From positions 1,080,001-1,112,000 of the forward strand of contig NZ_JBHSTI010000008.1 of the NCBI RefSeq assembly GCF_042660085.1: DNA of 32,000 nt. The letters are read 5' to 3'. The notes beneath the pieces were generated by a model. The model did no database searches. It saw only the letters and a program-made list of their open reading frames with translations, and was not told the DNA's origin. The stretch comes from Longivirga aurantiaca (GTDB lineage Bacteria > Actinomycetota > Actinomycetes > S36-B12 > CAIYMF01). Positions 24,489 through 32,000 of the stretch are shown piece after piece. A program made the position numbers and the translations under genes. Each line of letters starts with the position of its first letter. Position 1 is the stretch's first letter.

Positions 24489-25223
24489 ATGAGTGAGCAG
24501 CCTCCGACCTATGCGGTCGGACAGGAAGTCAATGGATACCGCTGGACCGGGACTGAGTGGGAGCCTGTGGCGCCCGCGGCGGCACCGGTCCTGACGGCGC
24601 CTACCGCGCAGCCCGAGGCCCGCGCGAAGAAGCCGATCTGGAAGCGCTGGTGGTTCTGGGTTCTCGCCGTACTGCTGCTGTTCATCATCGCCGGTGCGCT
24701 GGGTGGCGGAGGTGGTGACAAGGCAGCGACGACCACTCCGTCGTCCACGCCGACGTCGTCTAGCCCCGACTCGGCGAGCGAGGAGCCGACCGAGTCCGAG
24801 CCGGCCGAGGAGCCGGTCGACGCTCTGCCCGGCCTGAAGACCGCAGTGGCGGACGGCAAGTTCGAGTTCACCGCGACAAGCCTCAAGTGCGGCGTGAAGT
24901 CGGTCGGAAACGAGATCCTGGGCACGAAGGCGCAGGGTCAGTTCTGCCTCATCGGCATCACCGTGAAGAACATCGGTGACGAGGCGCAGATCCTGTTCGA
25001 CAGCAACCAGGTCGTGTTCGACAAGGACGGCAAGAAGTACGAGTCCGACACTGAGGCGGCGATCTACGCCAACGAGGACTCCAGCGTCTTCATCGAGGAG
25101 ATCAACCCCGGCAACTCGGTCAAGGGGATCCTCGTCTTCGACGTTCCCAAGACCGTGAAGCCGACGCTCATCGAGTTCCACGACTCCGCCTTCAGCGGCG
25201 GCGTGCAGGTCTCGCTCTCCTGA
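24489..25223 (+). CDS. DUF4352-type membrane-anchored protein (244 aa)
   Basis: Trimmed to the ATG at 24489. One TM helix (WWFWVLAVLLLFIIAGAL), a Ser/Thr/Pro/Glu-rich linker, and a C-terminal beta-rich domain (GQFCLIGITVKNIGDEAQ...GILVFDVP). Confidence 0.85.
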   Translation: MSEQPPTYAVGQEVNGYRWTGTEWEPVAPAAAPVLTAPTAQPEARAKKPIWKRWWFWVLAVLLLFIIAGALGGGGGDKAATTTPSSTPTSSSPDSASEEPTESEPAEEPVDALPGLKTAVADGKFEFTATSLKCGVKSVGNEILGTKAQGQFCLIGITVKNIGDEAQILFDSNQVVFDKDGKKYESDTEAAIYANEDSSVFIEEINPGNSVKGILVFDVPKTVKPTLIEFHDSAFSGGVQVSLS

Positions 25224-25241
25224 TCGGAAGGCGCTAACGGC

Positions 25242-25275
25242 GAAGGCCCTGTCACCGTGTGGTGGCAGGGCCTTC
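25242..25275 (+). terminator. stem-loop, probable intrinsic terminator (no U-tract)
   Basis: gaaggccctgtcacc-gtgt-ggtggcagggccttc forms a 15-bp stem (one G.U) with a 4-nt loop, 19 nt after the stop at 25223. Confidence 0.55.
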
Positions 25276-25418
25276 CGCATGCACACGAGACCTTCTCGGA
25301 CCCGGCGTCCGCCCCGACCTCCACCTGCGTGCCCTGTTCCAAGCGACGTGTCTCGCAGGCCGGAGCCTGCCGGGCTTCCTGTCCGGCCTAGAGGATGCGG
25401 ACGTGACACGCTGCTCCC

Positions 25419-26183
25419 GTGCGAAGCCTGGGGCTCGACCTTGCCGCTGATCCAGTCAATACGGCGCTATGCGCCATCGACTGGGCAACGGGGGAGATTC
25501 AGGTCGCCGTCGGCCCGGTGACGGACGAGCACATCGTCGGGGCTGTGGGGGACTCGGACGTGCTCGGCGTCGATGCGCCTCTCGGTTGGCCACAGGACTT
25601 CGTCGAGGCAATCACCAGCCACCACGAGCTGGGTGCATGGCGCTTTCCTGAGGCCGATTCGCCGGCTGCTCGTCGTTCGTTGAGGTTTCGCGCTACCGAC
25701 CTGGCCTTGATGGCAGAGGGGCATCGACCGCTCAGCGTCGCGTCAGACCTCATCGGAGTGGTCGCACTCCGAGCCGCCAGGCTCCAGCACCTCTTGGCTG
25801 CGAACGGGCGTGAGGTCGACCGCACTGGAACGACGGGGCACCTCGTCGAGACGTATCCAGCGGCGGCGCTGAGTTCTTGGGGGCTCCGGTCCACGAGCTA
25901 CAAGGGAGCCAAGAACCGGGATGCTCTCGCGGGGATTGCCGCTCTGATGGTGGAGAGCGTCGGCCCCGTCCTTCCCGGAGCAGCCGACGTGCTCCGGGGT
26001 CGCAGCGATCACGTCGTGGACGCGTTCGTCTGTGCCCTTGTGGCTGCCGCGGCCCGCGTGGGGTTGACCCAGCCACCCCACCGAGATCAATGGGAACTGG
26101 CCCGGACAGAGGGGTGGATCCACGTGCCGACGGCGACTGCGGGCGACGTGGCCCGGGCCGCATCGCGACAACTTGCGAGTTAG
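25419..26183 (+). CDS. DUF429-family (RNase H-like fold) protein (254 aa)
   Basis: GTG start. LGLDLAA...GVDAPLGWP...RFRATD...VETYPAAALSSWGL...DAFVCALVAAAA fits the DUF429 pattern. Confidence 0.7.
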   Translation: MRSLGLDLAADPVNTALCAIDWATGEIQVAVGPVTDEHIVGAVGDSDVLGVDAPLGWPQDFVEAITSHHELGAWRFPEADSPAARRSLRFRATDLALMAEGHRPLSVASDLIGVVALRAARLQHLLAANGREVDRTGTTGHLVETYPAAALSSWGLRSTSYKGAKNRDALAGIAALMVESVGPVLPGAADVLRGRSDHVVDAFVCALVAAAARVGLTQPPHRDQWELARTEGWIHVPTATAGDVARAASRQLAS

Positions 26184-26295
26184 CGTCTTCCCTGGTCACC
26201 GGTCGGGGCCTGGTTCGCAGCGGCGCCGGTCGTACAACTCTCGTCCAGCGCTGCGGCTCGCAGTCGCACCAGCCCTCGTCCGTCACGTGACCCAT

Positions 26296-26431
26296 GCCGA
26301 CTCCGTCCGCGTCGCTTCCGCCCCCGTCGGTCGAGGGGGCGGCTGATCTTCCTCCGGGGGCACCGTGCGACGAGTCGCGCGGTTGCCAGGCGGCCAGCCG
26401 GAGGGCTTGTGGCCGCGCTTCGTGATCTGGG
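26296..26431 (-). promoter_or_regulatory. second, orphan copy of the riboswitch-like element
   Basis: By eye it is roughly nine-tenths identical to 19461..19577, while the flanks diverge. An ATG at 26295 lies downstream on the minus strand, but that ORF runs into the 3' end of the convergent DUF429 gene. Confidence 0.5.
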
Positions 26432-26572
26432 CCGGACACAAGCCGCAGCATCCGACAACCCGGTGCCGGGCGAGGAGCAGGGATACGTCGATGTCCTTGC
26501 CCCGATGTCTCGAGCCTGGTCGGTCGGCTGTGCCGGCATCAGGATCGGAGGGAACGCACCGATGGGGGATGG

Positions 26573-26650
26573 GATCGCGGATCGCTGAGGCCGAGGCGGC
26601 CCGGTCGCGGGACTTCCCGGAGAACGGCTCGATGGTTCATGCGCTGCGCT
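26573..26650 (+). pseudogene. fragment of an ADP-ribosylglycohydrolase gene
   Basis: The DNA and its translation (RIAEAEAARSRDFPENGSMVHAL) parallel 22650..22720 of the intact gene (RIAEAEKARPRDFPENGWVVHAL). There is no surrounding ORF of that family. Confidence 0.55.
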
Positions 26651-26657
26651 GGCGGCT

Positions 26658-27113
26658 TCATGAACCCGGGCGACCGCCGCGTGACGACTGTCGTCGGATC
26701 GCGACAGTTGCGGCGACCTGCTCGGTGATCGCCTCAGGCTCCTCGTGCTCCCAGAAGCGCAGGACCGTCCAGCCCTCTGCCTCGAGCCGGCTGGTGGTGT
26801 CCGCATCACGCTGCGCGTTGCGAGCCAGCTTGGGAGTCCAGTAGCTCTCGTTCGACTTGGGGGAGGTGCCGTGCTCCGGGCACGAGTGCCAGAAGCAGCC
26901 GTCGATGAAGACCGCGATCCTCAGCCGGGGGAACACGACGTCGGCCCGACGACGCCGATCGAAAGGGAGCGGGTAGTCCACCGAGTAGCGCAGACCGCTG
27001 GCGTGCAGCCGCTTGCGTACCGCCATCTCCGGCCCGGTGTCGCGACGGCGGTTGCCCAGCATCGAGCGCCGGACCGCGGGGCTGCTGGCCCAGGAGTCGG
27101 CGTCCGTCGTCAT
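26658..27113 (-). CDS. vsr: very short patch repair endonuclease (151 aa)
   Basis: Trimmed to the ATG at 27113. Hallmark motifs: RRDTGPE...LRY...AVFIDGCFWHSCPEHG...YWTPKLARNAQRD...GWTVLRFWEHE. Confidence 0.9.
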   Translation of the reverse strand: MTTDADSWASSPAVRRSMLGNRRRDTGPEMAVRKRLHASGLRYSVDYPLPFDRRRRADVVFPRLRIAVFIDGCFWHSCPEHGTSPKSNESYWTPKLARNAQRDADTTSRLEAEGWTVLRFWEHEEPEAITEQVAATVAIRRQSSRGGRPGS

Positions 27114-27381
27114 AGACCAAGGATCGCACCGGGCGCCGCCCGGGTGCCGGCCGACCGCTGCGGTATCGACGACGAGCCCGCTCGCGAGGGTCCACGCCAC
27201 GTCGTGCAGCCGCCTCGCTGCACGCGCTGACCGCGGCCTGATCGTCGTCATCGGCCCCGGGCCCGACGACCGTGCAACCGCGCGACATCCAGCGCGCTGC
27301 CGAGCAGCTTCGCGAACGGCGTGCTGCAGATGCCGGTGCGCGTGACCACACGCCGGTGGTCACGCGCACAAGCAGCGGGCT

Positions 27382-29151
27382 CTAGACGAGAACCTTCGCC
27401 ACCACCACGAGCCGCACGTAGCGCACGTCGACCTCGTTCGGCGCGGGGTACCACTGGTTACCGACGCCGAAGCCGAAGGTGACGCGTCGCGTCGACGAGA
27501 CGAACCCCGCCCCCGGCGACGACACCATCGAGATCCAGCGCCCCGTCGTCGCCCTGATGTCCAACGCGTTCGACACCCAGCTCGCGCCGCCGACGCGGTC
27601 GATCCATCCATAGCCGCGCGCGACAGGCATGTAGCCGTTGTGGCCGTGCGTGTGCCCGTAGACCTGCAGCGTGAGCTTGCTGTAGGACACCGCGGACGGG
27701 AGGACTGCCGAGAACGAGCCCTCGACCCACTGCGGCCCGGTCTTCCTGATGTCGCAGTTGTTGTAGAACCACGCGCCCGTGACGCCGTACGTCGACGTCC
27801 TGACCGCCGCGCAGGTGGCGCTGCGGTTCGTCGCGATCCGCTTGCTCGCCGTCAGCTGCACGTTCACGGTCTTCGTGACGAGCTTCTTGAGCGAGACCGT
27901 CACGGTGTGGGACGGCGTCGCGCGCACGTTGCCCGCCTTGTCGACGGCGGTGAGGGTCCAGCGGTACACGCCCGCAGGCACGAGGGCCCCGGCCGTGTTG
28001 CGCCCGTTCCACGCGATGCCGACCTTGCCGGCCCAACGGGTCGCTGCGATCTTCCGCACGAGCGCGTTGGTCGAGGAGCGCACGGTGAGCGTCAGTGTCG
28101 CGTTCTCGCTCAGCACCACCGTGGGCGTGAACGAGTCCTTGTAGCTGTCCGGGTACGGGTAGAAGGTCAGCCCCGCACCCACGACGGATGTGAGCGTCGG
28201 CAGCGTCGAGTCGACCACCACGGTGGTCGTGTCACTTCCCGAGAACCCGCCGCTCGTCCCGGCGATGCGGATCGTGTAGGTGCCGTTCGGCACCGCCACG
28301 CCGCCCGCGTCCTTGCCGTCCCAGGTGTAGACGTGAGTTCCAGGATTCAACGTGCCCAGCTGCACCGGACCGCGAACCACGTCCTGCGTGGCGTTCAACG
28401 CCGTCCAGGTGATGGCCTCGGCTTCGCTCAGTGTGAAGGTCGTCGTGCTGGTCTTCTTCACGCCGTTACCGTTGGGGCTGAAAGGATTCGGCGACTGCGC
28501 CGTGATGGTCGGGTGCAGGTTGGCCGTCGTGATGTTGACGTAGGCGGACTCTGCACCGCCGCAGCGATCGAGTGCAGAGCTGCACTCGCGCACCACGAGC
28601 GTGTGGTCGCCCTCGCTCAGCGTCGTCGGGTCGATCGTGGTCGTGAACGGTGCCGCGTCGTCGTACGCGACAGCGACGAAGTCAACCAGGAACGCCACGG
28701 CAGGGCTCGGCGCGGTCGCCGAGAAGCTGAAGCCGGTCGTCCCCGGAAGGACGGAACCGGACGACGGCGTCGTGATGACCGGGAGCGTGTTGGACAGCGT
28801 CACGTCGACGGTGTCGCCGTCCCAGGCGCACTCGTCCATGCTGCTGCAGTCGGTGGCCTTGATCGGCCAGCTGGCGTTCTCCCATCCCCAGGACGACCAG
28901 GAGTAGGTCACGGTGGAGCCGGCAGGCGTGAAGACGCCCATCGTCTCGCCGCCGATCTGGAGCTGCACGCGCGGTGCGGTGCTGGTGATCGAGATGGTGA
29001 CGACACCGGAGACGACCGCATCCTGTGCCGGCGACGTGATGGTGGGAACGGTGGAGGGCGCGTCGGCCCACACCGCCCCAGGGAAGACCACTCCCGTGGC
29101 GAGCAATGCGGCAGTGGTGAGACTGAGAACGAGTGCTCTGACTCTCTTCAT
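27382..29151 (-). CDS. secreted protein with Ig-like / FlgD-Ig-like repeats (589 aa)
   Basis: Trimmed to the ATG at 29151, preceded by AAGGGGA. Signal peptide MKRVRALVLSLTTAALLATGVVFPGAVWA/DA. Repeated beta-rich segments include YTWDGKDAGGVAVPNGTYTI and IAWNGRNTAGALVPAGVYRWTL. Confidence 0.85.
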   Translation of the reverse strand: MKRVRALVLSLTTAALLATGVVFPGAVWADAPSTVPTITSPAQDAVVSGVVTISITSTAPRVQLQIGGETMGVFTPAGSTVTYSWSSWGWENASWPIKATDCSSMDECAWDGDTVDVTLSNTLPVITTPSSGSVLPGTTGFSFSATAPSPAVAFLVDFVAVAYDDAAPFTTTIDPTTLSEGDHTLVVRECSSALDRCGGAESAYVNITTANLHPTITAQSPNPFSPNGNGVKKTSTTTFTLSEAEAITWTALNATQDVVRGPVQLGTLNPGTHVYTWDGKDAGGVAVPNGTYTIRIAGTSGGFSGSDTTTVVVDSTLPTLTSVVGAGLTFYPYPDSYKDSFTPTVVLSENATLTLTVRSSTNALVRKIAATRWAGKVGIAWNGRNTAGALVPAGVYRWTLTAVDKAGNVRATPSHTVTVSLKKLVTKTVNVQLTASKRIATNRSATCAAVRTSTYGVTGAWFYNNCDIRKTGPQWVEGSFSAVLPSAVSYSKLTLQVYGHTHGHNGYMPVARGYGWIDRVGGASWVSNALDIRATTGRWISMVSSPGAGFVSSTRRVTFGFGVGNQWYPAPNEVDVRYVRLVVVAKVLV

Positions 29152-29318
29152 GGCCGTTCCCCTTCGACCGGTTTCCGGCTTCGACGCTACGCGCACCCCG
29201 GGCACCGTTGCCCGCCCACGGAACGGGATTGTCCGATGATCGGAGACCTCCGGGGTCTCGGTGATGCCGGAGGTCCCCGTGTTCGGACACAGGCAGCGAC
29301 GTCGCGCCGCGCTGCCGG

Positions 29319-29555
29319 CTATCCGGCGCGGGCGACGAGATAGTCCGACCACCCGCGCAGGGTGCGCACCTGGTCGTAGTCGTTCTCGGGCACGTCGACG
29401 CCGGTCGTCTCGTGCACCCGCTCGACCAGGGTCAGGAAGTCCAACGAGTCCAGGTCGACGGCGTCGCGCAGGTCCTCGTCGTCCGGCACGGCCTCGATGT
29501 CGATCTCGGGCGCGATCTCGGCGATGAGGTCGAGCACCGCCGCCCGCGCGTCCAT
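29319..29555 (-). CDS. acyl carrier protein (78 aa)
   Basis: MDARAAVLDLIAEI...DLDSLDFLTLVERV carries the phosphopantetheine-attachment Ser motif. Acidic, ~80 aa. Starts 5 nt after the E2 stop. Confidence 0.85.
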   Translation of the reverse strand: MDARAAVLDLIAEIAPEIDIEAVPDDEDLRDAVDLDSLDFLTLVERVHETTGVDVPENDYDQVRTLRGWSDYLVARAG

Positions 29556-29560
29556 GGGGT

Positions 29561-30967
29561 TCACAGCTCCTCCGGCTTCTGCAGGGCGGCGTCGAGCGCC
29601 GCGAGGAATCGGCTTCCGCGGTGACCGTCGGTCACCCGGTGGTCGGCGGCGAGGGTCGCGACGACGACGGGCCGGACGGCGAGCATGCCGTCGACGGCCC
29701 ACGGCCGGTCGACGATGCGGCCGAACCCGACCAGCGCGACCTGCGGCGGGTAGATGACCCCGTGCACGAGGTCGGCCCCCTGATCGCCGAGGTTGGTGAC
29801 GGTCACCGTGGGCACGCTCATCTCCGAGCCCGTGAGCCGTCCGGCCCTGGCCCGGGTGGCGATGTCCTTGAGGCGCGCCATGAGCTCCTCGACCGTCAGC
29901 GTGTCGGCCTCGCGCAGGTTGGCGACGAGCAGACCGCCCGCACGAAGCGACACCGCGACCCCGAGGTCGACGTGCTCGTGCGGCTCGAAGTGCTCGTTGA
30001 CGTAGAACCCGTTGAGCTCCGGGACGGCGAGCAGGCAGGTGGCGGTGGCCTTGAGCAGGAGCGCAGCCGGCAGCAGCCGCTCGGACGGCGAGCGGCCCTG
30101 GTTGCGCGCCGCCAGCCAGTCCAGCGACGCCTTCAGGTCGATCGTGGTCTCGAGGTAGTAGTGCGGGATCTCCCGCTTCGACCGAGCCATGAGCGCGGCT
30201 GTCGCGGCCTGCATGGCCTCTTTGCGCTCGGCGACGCGCACGTCCGCCGACCGCCCCGCGCGTGGCGGGGCCGCCGCCCCGGATGCCGCGGGCTCGGGCA
30301 CGGCGGTCGTCGACGCGCGCTGGACGTCCTCGACGCTCACCGCACCCCGCGGCCCGGTGCCGACGAGGGAGGCGAGGTCGACGCCGAGCTGCTCGGCAAG
30401 GCGCCTCGCGCGGGGTGAGGCAGCCACGTGGGCGCCGACCCCTGCCGAGGTCGTGCGACCAGCGGGTGCAGCCGGAGCCGCGGGCACCGGGGCCGCCGGC
30501 TCGTGCGCGCTCCGGGCCTGGTCGGCGGCCCGCTCGACGTCGTGCCGCGTGACACCGCCGCCGCGGCCCGTGCCCTCGACCGCCTCGAGGTCGACGTGGA
30601 GGTCGTGCGCAAGGTGGCGCACGATCGGCGAGACGGGCGCGTGATGCGCATGCTCCGCGTGCGCTGCCGGCCCGTCCGCCGCGGGCGCCGATGCTGCGGG
30701 CTGCACCGGCGGCTCGGCGGGCGCGGTCGACGATCCGGCCCCGATGAGGGCCAGCGGCGATCCGACCGTCACCGTCGTGCCCGGCTCGACGAGCAGCCGC
30801 TCGACCACCCCGTCCTCGAAGGCCTCGATGTCGATTGCGCTCTTGACCGTGTCGATGACGGCGATGATCTGGCCGTGCGTCACGGCGTCGCCCGGACCGA
30901 CCAGCCACTCGACGAGCGTCCCCTCGGTCATGTCCGCGCCGAGCGACGGCATCCGGAACTCACCCAT
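29561..30967 (-). CDS. 2-oxoacid dehydrogenase E2 (dihydrolipoamide acyltransferase) (468 aa)
   Basis: N-terminal lipoyl domain ([11 protein letters not shown]...[12 protein letters not shown]), two subunit-binding-like segments (SPIVRHLA...; [15 protein letters not shown]...), and a C-terminal catalytic domain with DHRVTDG. Confidence 0.92.
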   Translation of the reverse strand: MGEFRMPSLGADMTEGTLVEWLVGPGDAVTHGQIIAVIDTVKSAIDIEAFEDGVVERLLVEPGTTVTVGSPLALIGAGSSTAPAEPPVQPAASAPAADGPAAHAEHAHHAPVSPIVRHLAHDLHVDLEAVEGTGRGGGVTRHDVERAADQARSAHEPAAPVPAAPAAPAGRTTSAGVGAHVAASPRARRLAEQLGVDLASLVGTGPRGAVSVEDVQRASTTAVPEPAASGAAAPPRAGRSADVRVAERKEAMQAATAALMARSKREIPHYYLETTIDLKASLDWLAARNQGRSPSERLLPAALLLKATATCLLAVPELNGFYVNEHFEPHEHVDLGVAVSLRAGGLLVANLREADTLTVEELMARLKDIATRARAGRLTGSEMSVPTVTVTNLGDQGADLVHGVIYPPQVALVGFGRIVDRPWAVDGMLAVRPVVVATLAADHRVTDGHRGSRFLAALDAALQKPEEL

Positions 30968-31958
30968 CGCGGCCCACCGCCTCGTGCACCGCCGCGACGA
31001 CGCGCTCCAGGCTGGGCAGCGCGGCCTCCTCGAGGTGCTTGGCGTAGGGGATGGGCACCTCGAGGGTGCAGACGCGGCCCACCGGCGCCTCGAGGTCGTA
31101 GAAGCAGTCCTCCATGATGCGGGCCGACACCTCGGCCGACATGCCCAGCGTGCGCCAGCCCTCGTCGACGACGACCGCGCGGTGCGTGCGCGCCACCGAC
31201 TCGGCCACCGTGGCGCTGTCGAGAGGCCGCAGGACGCGCAGGTCGACGACGTCGGCGCCGATGCCCTCGGCCGCGAGGCGCTCCGCCGCGTCGAGGCACA
31301 GGCCCAGCGAGCCGCCGTACGTGACGAGCGTGATGTCGTCGCCGGCGCGCCTGATCCTGGCTCGGTCGATGTCGACCTCGGTGCCGGGTGCGGGCGCCGG
31401 GCCCTTGGCGTTGTAGAGCGATCCGTGCTCGACGATGATCACCGGATCGGGGTCGAGCAGCGCGGGCCACAGCATGCAGCGCGCGTCCTCGATCGTGGCG
31501 GGCGAGAGCACGCGCAGGCCGGGCACATGGGCGAACCAGTTCTCCAGCGAGTGCGAGTGCTGGGCCGCGAGCTGGCGCCCGCCGCCCGTGGTCATGCGCA
31601 CCACCAGCGGCACCTGGAACTGCCCGCCGCTCATGTGCAGCAGCGCCGCCGCCGTGTTGACGAGCTGGTCCATCGCGAGCATGACGAAGTTGACCGTCAT
31701 CACCTCGACGATGGGGCGCATGCCGCCCAGGGCGGCGCCGATGCCCGCGCCCACGAACGCCGACTCCGACAGCGGGGTGTCGCGCACGCGGTCCTCGCCG
31801 AACTCCTCGATCATCCCGAGGCTCACGCCGAACCCGCCGCCGTAGCGGCCGACGTCCTCTCCCATGAGGAACACTCGTTCGTCGCGCAGCATGGCCTCGC
31901 GCATGGCCTCCCGCACGGCCTCGCGGTAGGTGGTCTCCTGCACCGCGGTCTGGGTCAT
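30960..31958 (-). CDS. 2-oxoacid dehydrogenase E1 component, beta subunit (332 aa)
   Basis: [28 protein letters not shown]...[28 protein letters not shown] is typical of E1 beta. Overlaps the E2 start by 8 nt. GGGAGG lies 8 nt upstream of the ATG. Confidence 0.92.
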   Translation of the reverse strand: MTQTAVQETTYREAVREAMREAMLRDERVFLMGEDVGRYGGGFGVSLGMIEEFGEDRVRDTPLSESAFVGAGIGAALGGMRPIVEVMTVNFVMLAMDQLVNTAAALLHMSGGQFQVPLVVRMTTGGGRQLAAQHSHSLENWFAHVPGLRVLSPATIEDARCMLWPALLDPDPVIIVEHGSLYNAKGPAPAPGTEVDIDRARIRRAGDDITLVTYGGSLGLCLDAAERLAAEGIGADVVDLRVLRPLDSATVAESVARTHRAVVVDEGWRTLGMSAEVSARIMEDCFYDLEAPVGRVCTLEVPIPYAKHLEEAALPSLERVVAAVHEAVGRDG

Positions 31959-31962
31959 GACC

Positions 31963-32000
31963 TCACCTCCCGCTCGTGACGAAGGAGAGCAGCTCGTCGA
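31963..32000 (-). CDS. 3' end of an upstream gene, probably E1 alpha (partial, runs off the window)
   Basis: The minus frame ..[11 protein letters not shown] has G/C at every third position. The product is inferred only from operon order. Confidence 0.4.
   Translation of the reverse strand, partial: DELLSFVTSGR

Noticed and set aside
23982-25409. 475-aa minus-strand ORF
   Set aside because: It is extremely Arg/Gly-rich. It spans the NERD remnant in another frame and runs antisense to the DUF4352 gene, so it is not credible.
26365-26844. 159-aa plus-strand ORF
   Set aside because: It is a chimeric reading through the orphan structured element, the ARH fragment and the antisense of vsr. It is not a gene.
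27640-31979. Long alternative-frame ORFs (27640..29343 +, 29319..30908 -, 30744..31979 +, 29621..30418 +)
   Set aside because: They overlap the secreted-protein, ACP, E2 and E1beta genes, which have clear family motifs. Their Arg/Gly/Pro/Asp-rich low-complexity translations are typical of ~72% GC DNA.
1-32000. Search for CRISPR arrays, rRNA/tRNA genes, integrases, transposases and reverse transcriptases
   Set aside because: None seen. There are no regularly spaced repeats and no DDE, tyrosine-recombinase or YxDD-type motifs in any credible ORF.

Overview
High-GC (actinobacterial-type) chromosomal window. About 1-27.3 kb is a mosaic accessory/defence island. All coordinates come from the supplied ORF track, with starts trimmed by eye, and all family names are motif-level recognitions, not database hits. 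The island holds: a McrBC-like pair whose McrB has a ~540-aa unexplained N-terminus; two HNH_2-type (McrA-like) endonucleases; a zinc-ribbon/PD-(D/E)xK protein; a protein with a C-terminal HEPN Rx4H motif next to a DUF2971 protein; a large RES-domain protein; a class I methyltransferase-like gene translationally coupled (ATGA) to a PD-(D/E)xK protein; an Ung (family 1 UDG) paralogue with an extra N-terminal domain and altered motifs; an unknown 735-aa protein plus a 151-aa PD-(D/E)xK protein; a DUF3293 protein; an ADP-ribosylglycohydrolase; a DUF4268-type nuclease; a NERD remnant; DUF4352; DUF429; and an orphan Vsr. From ~27.4 kb to the end there is a secreted Ig-repeat protein and a 2-oxoacid dehydrogenase E1alpha(partial)/E1beta/E2 operon that ends in a stand-alone ACP. 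I recognised no rRNA, tRNA, CRISPR array, integrase or transposase. The most notable non-coding signal is a ~130-nt structured element present twice (19448-19580 and 26296-26431, minus strand). Its helices show compensatory changes between the two copies, and its layout matches what I recall of the SAM-I/SAM-IV riboswitch clan. It sits in front of a DUF3293 gene rather than a sulfur-metabolism gene. The best candidates for undescribed protein systems are the 735-aa + small nuclease pair (15932-18610), the methyltransferase-like/nuclease pair with the adjacent Ung paralogue (12396-15802), and the HNH / helical protein / ADP-ribosylglycohydrolase cluster (19586-22992).
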